The notes below the pieces were generated by a model. That model did not search any database. It was not told the origin of the DNA and was given only the letters and a program-made list of their open reading frames with translations. 12,658 nucleotides of DNA from an uncultured Fibrobacterales bacterium (GTDB taxonomy: Bacteria; Fibrobacterota; Fibrobacteria; Fibrobacterales; CAWVXU01): positions 1 through 12,658 of the forward strand of contig CAWVXU010000076.1 of assembly GCA_963934255.1 (NCBI GenBank), read 5' to 3'. Each line of letters opens with the position of its first letter. The stretch's first letter is position 1. Shown piece after piece: positions 1 to 8,735 of this stretch. The position numbers and the translations under genes are program-made.

Positions 1-1
1 C

Positions 2-643
2 ACGGTTAAGCAGGCAGTATATGAAAGTGAATTTTGGTCTGTGGATATTCAAATAAAAGCACAGTCAGTTGTGTCCTCCTCAGTCAAATCCTCTTCAATT
101 CAATCGACACATTTGATTTGCTCCTCCGGAGCTTGGCTTGATGAAATTTTAAAACCCTTCGGTTACGAATCTCGAATGACTCCCGTTCGAGGACAACTCG
201 CTTGGTATGAAGATCAAGATCTTTTACATCCACCCCTCAATACTTCGCTTCACATTGACGGTCATTTCTATGCTATACCACGTGAGGATGGATTTATACT
301 CGGCGCCACGACTGAGGCCAGAGAGTGGGATCAAAGATTCGTCCAGAGTGGTGATGAGTTTCTTAATGAAAATATTCAACGATATTTCCCCAAGGCTCGA
401 CACACGATTAAACACAAACGATCCTGGGCGGGGCTTCGCCCGAGGACGAGAGACCGTCAACCTCTTATGGGGTGTATAGATCCATCTATCCATCTTTGGG
501 TCAACGCCGGACATTATAAAAACGGGCTTTCTATGGCTCCATTAGCGGCTCGAGTGATGATTCAAACACTTTTAGGTGAAGTCCCTGATGTTTTGTTTGA
601 GGAGTTTCATCCTCTTCGTAAAAAAGGCTTAGTCAGCTTGTAA
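2..643 (+). CDS. thiO: FAD-dependent oxidoreductase, glycine oxidase ThiO / D-amino-acid oxidase family (5'-truncated by window edge)
   Basis: The frame is open from base 2 (TVKQAVYESEFWSVDIQ...), so the GTG at 41 is probably internal. DAO-family C-terminal motifs are present: SGAW, PVRGQ, YAIPR, GAT, WAGLRP, GHYKNGLSMAP (ThiO-like GHYRNGILLAP). The family is well supported; the thiO symbol is tentative. Confidence 0.75.
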   Translation, partial: TVKQAVYESEFWSVDIQIKAQSVVSSSVKSSSIQSTHLICSSGAWLDEILKPFGYESRMTPVRGQLAWYEDQDLLHPPLNTSLHIDGHFYAIPREDGFILGATTEAREWDQRFVQSGDEFLNENIQRYFPKARHTIKHKRSWAGLRPRTRDRQPLMGCIDPSIHLWVNAGHYKNGLSMAPLAARVMIQTLLGEVPDVLFEEFHPLRKKGLVSL

Positions 644-718
644 TTTCTATATTAAAGCTCTAGACAAAACCCATTTGTCGGCCAATTTGTACTCCATTTT
701 ACCCCTTTGGATATTTCT

Positions 719-3436
719 ATGAAAAAAGTCTTTGTCATTGACTCCTACGCAGTCGCTTTTCGCTCATTTTATGCCTTTATCAAAAACCCCCTCAAAAACT
801 CACTCGGTGAAGAAACCTCCGTGGTTTTTGGTTATGCCAATGCGATATTTCGTTTGATTCTCGAGCAAGGTGCAGACTACATTGTCATCGCCAAAGACCT
901 ACCGGGTAAAAACTTTCGTCATGATCTTTATCCTGAATACAAAGCCAACCGTAAGCCGATGCCTGAAGAAATGCAAGCTCAATTATCGATGCTTCAAGAA
1001 TTTATGGAAATAAGTGGCATCCCCGCAATAGGTATGGAAGGTTATGAAGCCGATGATGTCATGGCGAGGGTTGGTCAAATGTGTGAAAAAGAAGGTGCTG
1101 AGTGTTATCTCGTCACCAAAGACAAAGACATGATGCAACTCGTCGGTGACACAGTCAAGCTAATACACTTAGAGCGCATGGGCGAACAGCCGACTATTAC
1201 AGATAGAGCCGCTGTCATCAAGAAATTTGATGTTCCACCTGAGCAAATTCGTGATCTATTGGCGCTGATGGGTGACTCCGCGGATAATGTCCCTGGGGTG
1301 CCAAAGGTTGGACCCAAGTCTGCCGCCAAGCTTCTGAATGAATTTGGCACAGTAGAGGGCATTTATGATAATTTGGATAAAATCACAGCCAAAGCACTGA
1401 ACAAAAATTTGACGGAGAACAAAGAGCTGGCCTTCTTATCTCAAGAGCTTGTGAGTCTGAGAACAGATTATGATTTAGGTGTAGAGTTTGAAGACTTTAA
1501 ATTTAATGGATTTGATAAGACCAAGCTGTCGGCCTTTCTAGAACGCTATGAGTTGAACTCTCTCAAACGGCATTTAAATAAACTCCCCGGCTTTGGTGAA
1601 ATTGCAGCTCAAGTCGTTGATGTCGAACCAGAAGACAAGCCAGCTGAATACCACTTGATCTCGGACAGTGCTAGTCTCAAAAATTGTATAGAAGATCTCG
1701 AATCATCATCGTTGATTTGTCTTGATACTGAAACATCAGGACTCAACCCTTTTGAAAATGACCTCGTAGGTATCTGTCTAGCTGGTGAAGAAGATGTTGG
1801 GTACTATATCCCTCTCTTACATGAAGACTCTGACAACCTGTCTATTGTTGAAGTCAAAGCCGCGCTAGAGCCTTTATTGAAATCAACGAACCGCACCATC
1901 GTCATGCACAATGCCAAGTTTGATTTACAATTTCTTCGTGAAGCAGGTATTGAGATTACCGCAAATATTGTTGACTCTATGTTAGCGAGTTATGTGCTTG
2001 AACCAGGTGCTCGTGAAAACAGTCTTGATGCTCAAGTTCGCAAACGCTTGAGTCATGAGATGATTCCGATTACATCACTCATAGGTAAAGGTAAAGACCA
2101 AATTACTTTCGGTGAAATTAAAGCTAGTGAAGCTTATACTTATGCAGCTGAAGATGCAGTCTATACTTGGCGTCTATGGAAAATACTAGAATCTCTTTTA
2201 AAAGAAAAAGGACTCGAGAAACCTTTCTATGAAGTCGAAATGCCACTGGCATTAGTACTGACAGATATTGAACGAAATGGTATCGCACTTGACTCTCAAG
2301 CCATGACAGATTTTTCTGGTGAATTAAAAATCCGAATTGCAGAGCTAAACGATTTGATCTATGCTGCGGCAGGTCAAATATTTAATATTGGATCACCTAA
2401 ACAACTCTCAGAAATCTTATTTGATGTATTGGGTCTCAAGCCAACCAAGAAAACCAAGTCGGGATTTTCTACAGACTCCTCTGTGCTTGAAAACCTTCTA
2501 GGTGATCATGTCATCATCGAATACATCATGGAGATACGCGAACTAGAGAAATTGAAAAACACCTATGTAGATGTATTACCCACCCTAGTCCAAGGCTGGA
2601 GTGGCAGAGTTCATACACATTTCAATCAAGTGATTGCGGCTACTGGCCGCTTGTCTTCGACTAATCCGAATCTACAAAATATCCCGGTTCGCACTGACTT
2701 AGGTAAAAGAATACGTTCGGCTTTTGTCCCTCAAGATGATCAACATGTCTTACTCGCGGCGGATTATTCTCAAATTGAGCTGAGGGTGCTTGCGCATCTC
2801 TCAGAAGACTCTAACCTGGTGAGTGCCTATGTCAATAATGAAGACATTCATACTCAAACTGCCGCGGCGATTTACGATGTGGATCCGCTCTTTGTGGATA
2901 GTGCTATGCGTCGCAACGCTAAAGCCATTAACTTCGGCATACTTTATGGTATGAGTGCTTTTAGACTCTCACGTGATCTGGGCATCCCTATGGGGCAAGC
3001 CAAAGATTTCATCGATGGATATTTTGCACATTATCCAAGCATCACAACATTTATTGAATCTACAGTCAATCAAGCTCGCAAAGATGGTTATGTCGAAACG
3101 ATGTTTGGTCATCGCAGGTATTTACCAGGTCTTGATGATGACAACCGCAATGTTCAAGGTGGGGCAGAGCGAATGGCTGTGAATACTCCTATCCAAGGCA
3201 CAGCGGCCGAGCTCATCAAAAAAGCGATGATTACTATTCATGCTAAATTAAAATTAACTGACCTTCGGGCGAGGATGCTTTTACAAGTACATGATGAACT
3301 CATATTCGAAGTTCATCAAGATGATATAGAGGCAACAACCAAGCTCGTCAAAGAAGAAATGGAAAACGCCGCACAACTGATTGTTCCATTGACTGTTGAA
3401 GCAGGCTTTGGGCAAAACTGGTTAGAGGCACACTAG
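719..3436 (+). CDS. polA: DNA polymerase I
   Basis: N-terminal 5'-3' exonuclease (YKANR, EADD, DKD, GDSADNVPGVPKVGPK). Intact 3'-5' exonuclease motifs (DTETSG, HNAKFD, YAAEDA). Polymerase motifs TGRLSSTNPNLQNIP, DYSQIELR, AKAINFGILYG, QVHDEL. ATG at 719 (MKKVFVID) matches typical PolA N-termini; an in-frame TTG lies at 707. Confidence 0.99.
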   Translation: MKKVFVIDSYAVAFRSFYAFIKNPLKNSLGEETSVVFGYANAIFRLILEQGADYIVIAKDLPGKNFRHDLYPEYKANRKPMPEEMQAQLSMLQEFMEISGIPAIGMEGYEADDVMARVGQMCEKEGAECYLVTKDKDMMQLVGDTVKLIHLERMGEQPTITDRAAVIKKFDVPPEQIRDLLALMGDSADNVPGVPKVGPKSAAKLLNEFGTVEGIYDNLDKITAKALNKNLTENKELAFLSQELVSLRTDYDLGVEFEDFKFNGFDKTKLSAFLERYELNSLKRHLNKLPGFGEIAAQVVDVEPEDKPAEYHLISDSASLKNCIEDLESSSLICLDTETSGLNPFENDLVGICLAGEEDVGYYIPLLHEDSDNLSIVEVKAALEPLLKSTNRTIVMHNAKFDLQFLREAGIEITANIVDSMLASYVLEPGARENSLDAQVRKRLSHEMIPITSLIGKGKDQITFGEIKASEAYTYAAEDAVYTWRLWKILESLLKEKGLEKPFYEVEMPLALVLTDIERNGIALDSQAMTDFSGELKIRIAELNDLIYAAAGQIFNIGSPKQLSEILFDVLGLKPTKKTKSGFSTDSSVLENLLGDHVIIEYIMEIRELEKLKNTYVDVLPTLVQGWSGRVHTHFNQVIAATGRLSSTNPNLQNIPVRTDLGKRIRSAFVPQDDQHVLLAADYSQIELRVLAHLSEDSNLVSAYVNNEDIHTQTAAAIYDVDPLFVDSAMRRNAKAINFGILYGMSAFRLSRDLGIPMGQAKDFIDGYFAHYPSITTFIESTVNQARKDGYVETMFGHRRYLPGLDDDNRNVQGGAERMAVNTPIQGTAAELIKKAMITIHAKLKLTDLRARMLLQVHDELIFEVHQDDIEATTKLVKEEMENAAQLIVPLTVEAGFGQNWLEAH

Positions 3437-3438
3437 TC

Positions 3439-4014
3439 ATGAAGCTCATCGGCCTTACAGGCAATGCCGGCTCAGGTAAATCAACTGTGAGAAAATTCTA
3501 TGAGGATAAGGGTGTTCCTTGTCTAGATGCAGATTTGATTGCTCATGAAATTTACCAACGAGACTCTGCACTTGTCGCTCGTCTAGTAGATGTATTTGGG
3601 GTAGAGATTTTAGATCAGGACGAGCAAATAAGTCGTCCTCAATTGGCCACAATCGCCTTTGCTAATCAGTCTTCTACCGAGCTTCTTAATAATATCGTTC
3701 ACCCCGCAATTTTCGAGCAAATTCAAGCATGGATTGATTCACAGAGGCAATTAAACCCGCAGCCAGATCAGATAATTATCGAAGCAACTTTGATTATTGA
3801 GGCGGGTCGGGCAGAATTCTATGATGAAATTTGGGTGGTTACAGTCGATGAACAAATCCAGCTTGAGCGTTTAAGGGACAGAGGGTGGAGTGATTCTGAG
3901 ATTCAAAATCGACTCTCTAAACAACTTCCGCAAACCCAAAAAACTCAATTTGCGGCGAAGGTTATTGAAAATAATGAGAACATACAAAAGTTATTTTTAT
4001 CTTTGGCTTTATAA
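3439..4014 (+). CDS. coaE: Dephospho-CoA kinase
   Basis: IGLTGNAGSGKSTV P-loop, DADLIAH, LNNIVHP, QLERLRDR, IENN. Starts 2 bp after the polA stop; polA-coaE is a common gene order. Confidence 0.97.
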   Translation: MKLIGLTGNAGSGKSTVRKFYEDKGVPCLDADLIAHEIYQRDSALVARLVDVFGVEILDQDEQISRPQLATIAFANQSSTELLNNIVHPAIFEQIQAWIDSQRQLNPQPDQIIIEATLIIEAGRAEFYDEIWVVTVDEQIQLERLRDRGWSDSEIQNRLSKQLPQTQKTQFAAKVIENNENIQKLFLSLAL

Positions 4015-4149
4015 TCAAACCATAATATACAAATGGTCAAGCAGCTGAACCTTTTCAAGCCCCTGAGAAGATTATGAAACGAGTTGTTAGGTAGCTGTTT
4101 CTCTATTTCTAGTTTTATACTTCTAAATCGTTTTTGAGGTTTCTTAATT

Positions 4150-4180
4150 AAAAAAAGGACAGCACCAAAATGCTGTCCTT
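4150..4180 (-). terminator. Rho-independent terminator downstream of purF, possibly bidirectional
   Basis: Perfect 10-bp stem AAGGACAGCA (4155-4164) / TGCTGTCCTT (4171-4180) with a 6-nt loop. The A7 run at 4150-4156 gives a U-tract on the minus strand. It lies between convergent coaE and purF. Confidence 0.88.
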
Positions 4181-4261
4181 AAAATTTTTAATCGAAGCTG
4201 ACATTACTATTCAAAGTTGAAATTTATCGGAAATCCAAATCAAATCCCAAACCAAAAAAAC

Positions 4262-6163
4262 CTAATAAGCTCTGATGTTAGAACCTTCAATGTAGTTGAC
4301 ATAAGACTGACAAACAACTCTGTTACCACCAGGTGTTGGGTAGTCTCCAGAGAAATACCAATCACCTAAGTCACCAGGACATGCGCTATGCAAACTATCT
4401 AAAGTTTGGTAACAAATTTTGATTTCAGCGCTGATCTCATTTGGGCGTAGAAGTTCAGCAATTTTGTCAGAGATGTCTTTGTCAGTAAACGGATCATAGA
4501 GTTTTTTGACCACATTGATTTTTTCTTCATCAGGCAGATGAAGCTGCTCTTTGGCTTCTTCATAGACTTGACTAATCAGAGACTCTAAGCCACGATCTTT
4601 TAGAAGTGCGATACAGGCTTTAAAGGCAATGAAGTCACCCATCTTAGCCATATCAATCCCGTAACAGTCAGGGTAACGGATCTGCGGAGCCGAGCTCACA
4701 ACAACGATACGTTTGGGCCCAAGGCGATCTAAGATTCTTAGGATAGAGTTCTTAAGAGTCGTACCGCGGACGATTGAGTCATCGATAATAACAAGGTTGT
4801 CTTTGCCAGCGCGAATTGTACCATAGGTGATGTCATAAATATGCGCTACAAGATCATCGCGAGAAGAATCTTCAGTGATAAAAGTACGAAGCTTCGCATC
4901 CTTAATCGCCACTTTATCAATACGTGGTTTGCGGCTAATGATACGCTCAATCTCTTCGGCCGAAAGCTGACGATCGATCGCTGCAATATCACGAGCTTTT
5001 TCTTGATTGAGTTGTTCGTTGATACCTTCAATCAATCCAAAGAAAGCGCTTTCGGCAGTATTTGGGATGTACGAGAATACAGTATCATCAAGTTCGTTTT
5101 CAACGGCTTCAAGGATTTGAGGAACTAAAAGTTTCCCCAATAGTTTTCGTTCGCGATAGATCTCGCGATCTGATCCACGACTAAAGTAGATACGTTCGAA
5201 TGAACAAGATTTGCGTTCAACTGCTTCGCGGATTTGTAATAAATCAACTTTACCTTTGCGACTGACAGTCAGTGCAGCTCCCGGAGGAATTTCTTGGATG
5301 CTTTCAAAAGGAACATTAAATGCAGTTTGGATTGCAGGACGCTCAGAAGCGGCAATGACAAACTCGTCATCTTGGTAATAGTAGGCAGGGCGAATGCCGG
5401 CTGGATCTCTCATGATGAAAGAGTCTCCGTGACCGAGAAGTCCACACATCGCGTATCCACCATCCCACTGCTTAGAAGCCTCTTTGAGGACCCATTCAAT
5501 ATTAAGCTCGTCATGTACACGAGTATATGCTTCACGAGTTGAAAGTCCATTAGCCGTATGCCCGTCTACAATACGACGGTTTTCAACATCAATAAAGTGA
5601 CCGATTTTTTCAAGTATAGTAACGCTATCAGAAAGTTCTTTGGGGTGCTGACCTAACTCAACTAATTTACCAAAGAGATCTTTGACGTTGGTGAGGTTGA
5701 AGTTACCAGCGAGAACTAAGTTTCTTGACATCCAATTGGACTGTCTTAAAAAGGGGTGGCAACTAGAGATGTTGTTGCGACCAAATGTGCCATAACGCAA
5801 ATGCCCGAGTAAAATTTCACCGGTGAAAGATGCGTTTTGAGTTAGCCAATCGGTGTTCTTTAAAAGAGCCGGATTTTTTTCACCGATCTCATTGAACTTG
5901 CCGTTAATTTTTTTGAAGATATCTTGGATGGCGGTAGTTTCCTTGGAGCGATATCGAGAGATATACTTCTGTCCAGGAGCGGCATTGAGCTTAATCGTGG
6001 CAACACCAGCGCCGTCTTGACCTCTATTGTGTTGTTTCTCCATCATAAGATAAAGCTTGTTAATGCCGTAAAGAGCTGTACCATACTTCTCAAGATAATA
6101 GTCGAGAGGCTTTAGTAAGCGGATAAAAGCAATTCCACATTCGTGTTTAATCGGGTCACTCAT
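4262..6163 (-). CDS. purF: Amidophosphoribosyltransferase, long (633 aa) Bacteroidota-style form
   Basis: Short propeptide then catalytic Cys (MSDPIKHE-CG), RGQDGAG, GHLRYGT, CSFERIYFSR, PRTase motif IIDDSIVRGTT, SSAPQIRYPDCYGIDM, FSGDYPT. SD-like AAAGGT upstream of the ATG. Confidence 0.95.
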   Translation of the reverse strand: MSDPIKHECGIAFIRLLKPLDYYLEKYGTALYGINKLYLMMEKQHNRGQDGAGVATIKLNAAPGQKYISRYRSKETTAIQDIFKKINGKFNEIGEKNPALLKNTDWLTQNASFTGEILLGHLRYGTFGRNNISSCHPFLRQSNWMSRNLVLAGNFNLTNVKDLFGKLVELGQHPKELSDSVTILEKIGHFIDVENRRIVDGHTANGLSTREAYTRVHDELNIEWVLKEASKQWDGGYAMCGLLGHGDSFIMRDPAGIRPAYYYQDDEFVIAASERPAIQTAFNVPFESIQEIPPGAALTVSRKGKVDLLQIREAVERKSCSFERIYFSRGSDREIYRERKLLGKLLVPQILEAVENELDDTVFSYIPNTAESAFFGLIEGINEQLNQEKARDIAAIDRQLSAEEIERIISRKPRIDKVAIKDAKLRTFITEDSSRDDLVAHIYDITYGTIRAGKDNLVIIDDSIVRGTTLKNSILRILDRLGPKRIVVVSSAPQIRYPDCYGIDMAKMGDFIAFKACIALLKDRGLESLISQVYEEAKEQLHLPDEEKINVVKKLYDPFTDKDISDKIAELLRPNEISAEIKICYQTLDSLHSACPGDLGDWYFSGDYPTPGGNRVVCQSYVNYIEGSNIRAY

Positions 6164-6192
6164 AGCACAATACCTTTGGTCATTTTATGTAA

Positions 6193-7023
6193 TTATAGGG
6201 GCCAAATTTGATCCAAGACAATACTCAGCATACCGCCGAGAATAATCCATTTCAATAACTTTTGCTGTTTTTTCCAGTTGTCATGGTTTGGATTTTGAAA
6301 TTTCCAAATACCAACCACACTCGGAATTACGACAAATATAGAACTCATTAGCAAAAAGGTTTTAGAGTAAATATTAAAAATCCCAAATAAGGCAGTCAAT
6401 AGGGTTAAAACAACCCAAATAGCCGCTGGGATTCGGTAATTCCAAGGACTTGGAATGAGAATGGCCAAGGTTTTGGCGCCGTGCTGGGTGTCACCTTTAA
6501 TATCCTCAAGATCTTTAAACATCTCACGCGTCAAAGTAAAGCCAAAGGCAAAGACAAAGGCAGCTGCAAGAGGGGCATTTAGAAAGGGAAGAGTAGGGAA
6601 GACAACGGCAAGCCCGCACAATAATGCTACACTCAAATTCCCGATAAAAGGCCATCTTTTAAAGAATCTATTGTAGAAATACAACAAAAACGCCATCAAG
6701 AATGCGAGCCAAAATTGCAACTCACCACTAAAAAGTGCACCCACCAAAGCCATGCCAGTGAGGTTTAAGGTCAAGAACCAGGCTGCTATAAAGCCCATCT
6801 GACGACTCGGTAGAGGTCTGTTAGGTTGATTAACAAGGTCGATTTCAAAGTCGCAGATGTCATTATGAACATTGCCAGCCATGGCCAAAAAGCTCATCGA
6901 AAAGAAGGCAAAAATAATTTGAGACTCAAAAATGGGGATATCCAGGCACAAAGCACCTAAAAAAACACCAAGGCCAGCAATTATTCCATTAATCGGACGT
7001 GTGATTGTAATCCAAGCTCTCAA
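6193..7023 (-). CDS. UbiA-family prenyltransferase, digeranylgeranylglyceryl-phosphate synthase (DGGGPS)-like, multi-pass membrane protein
   Basis: N-terminal RPIN, Asp-rich motif 1 NDICDFEIDLVNQPNRPLPS, motif 2 REMFKDLEDIKGD...GAKTLA, and many hydrophobic segments. TTG start with GGAAG 6 nt upstream; an in-frame stop lies just further upstream. Confidence 0.88.
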   Translation of the reverse strand: MRAWITITRPINGIIAGLGVFLGALCLDIPIFESQIIFAFFSMSFLAMAGNVHNDICDFEIDLVNQPNRPLPSRQMGFIAAWFLTLNLTGMALVGALFSGELQFWLAFLMAFLLYFYNRFFKRWPFIGNLSVALLCGLAVVFPTLPFLNAPLAAAFVFAFGFTLTREMFKDLEDIKGDTQHGAKTLAILIPSPWNYRIPAAIWVVLTLLTALFGIFNIYSKTFLLMSSIFVVIPSVVGIWKFQNPNHDNWKKQQKLLKWIILGGMLSIVLDQIWPL

Positions 7024-7069
7024 GAAGCACTTCCATTTGTTAAATTCTTTACAAAGCTACAAAATTACA

Positions 7070-8191
7070 TTGAGGTTATTTCTGAAGAAACAGGTCAAAG
7101 CATTCACAGGTGAGAGTCGTCGTAGGAACCGCGCCAAGCGAGTTGACGCACTTAAAGACTGGCAAGAAGGCCTCGATCATCAAGGTCCCGAAAAGGAACG
7201 ATGGTCTCGAGAAGCACGTAAAGCTCGTCCTAAAGTGACTAAAAAAGGTGCAGAACACGCCTATATTGATGTTTTTGATGCCCAAATTGTGGGAATGCAC
7301 CGCCGGACTTGTGAATTTCGCCGCGAGTCCATTTGGCTGCCTAATTCAGAGCCTGAAATTGCCCGATTTAGCGCCAATCTAGATCTCAACGATCAAAGTC
7401 ACCTCACTGTAGGTGATAGGGTCGAAATCGGGATAGAAGAGATTTCAACTGATTTTTATGTTACAAAATTAAAGACTCGCGTGTCTAAGCTCTCAAGACC
7501 GGGTCCACCCGATCGTGAACACCGTGAGCAACTACTTGCAGCCAATGTGGATCAAATTATCGTCGTCGGTTCAAGTGCAGAGCCCGCCTTTAATCCGGGG
7601 TTCGTGGAGCGTTATTTGATGGTCGCTCAGCATTCTGAGATTCCATTATCTTTGGTACTCAACAAAGTTGACCTGACACCTGAGATTCCTGAGAGTTTGA
7701 TGGAGCTGGTGCCTCATATTGAAAAAATTATTTTCACCTCGGCTAAATCGGGGGTGGGGCTTGATGAACTTTCTGAATATCTCAAAGACAGTAAAAGTAT
7801 CTTCACGGGTCAGTCGGGCGTCGGCAAGTCATCTATCATTCAAAAAATTATCCCCAATATCGAACTCGATGTCACAGAAGTTCGTGAAAAAGATGGCAAA
7901 GGTCGTCACACCACGACTACAAGTACTGTTTTTCCACTCCCTCTTGGGGGCCAAGTGATTGATAGTCCTGGGATTCGTGGATTGGGATTTTGGAAAATGT
8001 CTCAAGCTGATCTTGCTTCAATGTATCCGCTGTTTTCACAATGGGATGACGAATGTCGTTTTCAAGATTGCTTGCACCACAAGGAGCCTGAGTGTCGAGT
8101 CATTGACGCCTTGGATTCTGGTGAACTTTCTACTCGAGCCTATGAGTCCTATCTTCGGATGCTAGACTCATTAGAGAATCAAGGAAAATAA
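7070..8191 (+). CDS. rsgA: Ribosome small subunit-dependent GTPase A (circularly permuted GTPase)
   Basis: OB-fold VGDRV, AANVDQ, G4 NKVDL, G5 SAK, G1 GQSGVGKSS, G2 GRHTTT, G3 DSPG, Zn site CRFQDCLHHKEPEC. The track start at 6932 overlaps the divergent UbiA gene, so TTG 7070 or CTG 7082 is more likely. Confidence 0.95.
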   Translation: MRLFLKKQVKAFTGESRRRNRAKRVDALKDWQEGLDHQGPEKERWSREARKARPKVTKKGAEHAYIDVFDAQIVGMHRRTCEFRRESIWLPNSEPEIARFSANLDLNDQSHLTVGDRVEIGIEEISTDFYVTKLKTRVSKLSRPGPPDREHREQLLAANVDQIIVVGSSAEPAFNPGFVERYLMVAQHSEIPLSLVLNKVDLTPEIPESLMELVPHIEKIIFTSAKSGVGLDELSEYLKDSKSIFTGQSGVGKSSIIQKIIPNIELDVTEVREKDGKGRHTTTTSTVFPLPLGGQVIDSPGIRGLGFWKMSQADLASMYPLFSQWDDECRFQDCLHHKEPECRVIDALDSGELSTRAYESYLRMLDSLENQGK

Positions 8192-8192
8192 A

Positions 8193-8735
8193 TTGAGAAA
8201 AATGAACATAATTATGGGGCTTTATCTGTTTATTCTGATGGCACCTATCTTGGCCCAAACATCTCTCATGTCCATGGGTTTTCAGATGGAGTTTGCTCAA
8301 GATAATGAGCTCATTGAAGCTCCTTATCGATTGACGCCCTGGGTTGCATTAGGACTCCCCAATGGTTTTTACACCAAAGGCCTCGTGACTTTAGCTCAAA
8401 ATAATCACATATCAGATGAGGGTAGAGAGACTGTGACTTATAGAAGCCTGGGTGCCGAGCTTGGTTTTTATGTTCCCTTAATATCTTTGCCTTATGTTTA
8501 TGGAACTGCCCAAAAAATATCTAGTCTTAAAAATGATCGCAGTGGTGATAGACATTGGTGGGAGTATGGGCTTGGAGTCGGTAACAAATGGCGCTCAGTT
8601 ACAGGGACTGCAATCTATGGTAACATCGAGTATCGATTTTATGAGAAACATCAAATCAATGGCAATCTGAATGATCAGTGGATTGAGGGCGAAGGTCTGA
8701 TGGTGGCACTTGGATTTGAGTGGGACTTGCTATAA
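8193..8735 (+). CDS. Hypothetical secreted protein, probable small outer-membrane beta-barrel
   Basis: Signal peptide (RKMNIIMGLYLFILMAPILA-Q), alternating amphipathic strands (SLGAELGFYV, YGLGVG, IYGNIEYRF) and a terminal strand LMVALGFEW. AAGGA (8181-8185) is 7 nt before TTG 8193, which is 1 bp after the rsgA stop. Alternative ATG at 8202. Confidence 0.65.
   Translation: MRKMNIIMGLYLFILMAPILAQTSLMSMGFQMEFAQDNELIEAPYRLTPWVALGLPNGFYTKGLVTLAQNNHISDEGRETVTYRSLGAELGFYVPLISLPYVYGTAQKISSLKNDRSGDRHWWEYGLGVGNKWRSVTGTAIYGNIEYRFYEKHQINGNLNDQWIEGEGLMVALGFEWDLL

Noticed and set aside
4229..4261. Degenerate AAATCC-like repeats just after the purF stop
   Set aside because: Short, irregular low-complexity sequence without constant unit or spacer length.
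6192..6197. TATAAT overlapping stop codons (also at 4010-4015 and 8731-8736)
   Set aside because: It arises automatically from a Leu codon ending in TA followed by TAA and T, and I saw no supporting -35 element.
7024..7036. Out-of-frame ATG GAA GTG CTT just upstream of the UbiA-like TTG, suggesting a frameshift
   Set aside because: The same bases provide a well-spaced GGAAG ribosome-binding site for TTG 7023, so no frameshift is needed; read data could settle it.
6932..7069. N-terminal extension of the rsgA ORF in the track (419 aa)
   Set aside because: It overlaps the start of the opposite-strand UbiA-like gene by 92 bp and has no RsgA-like content.
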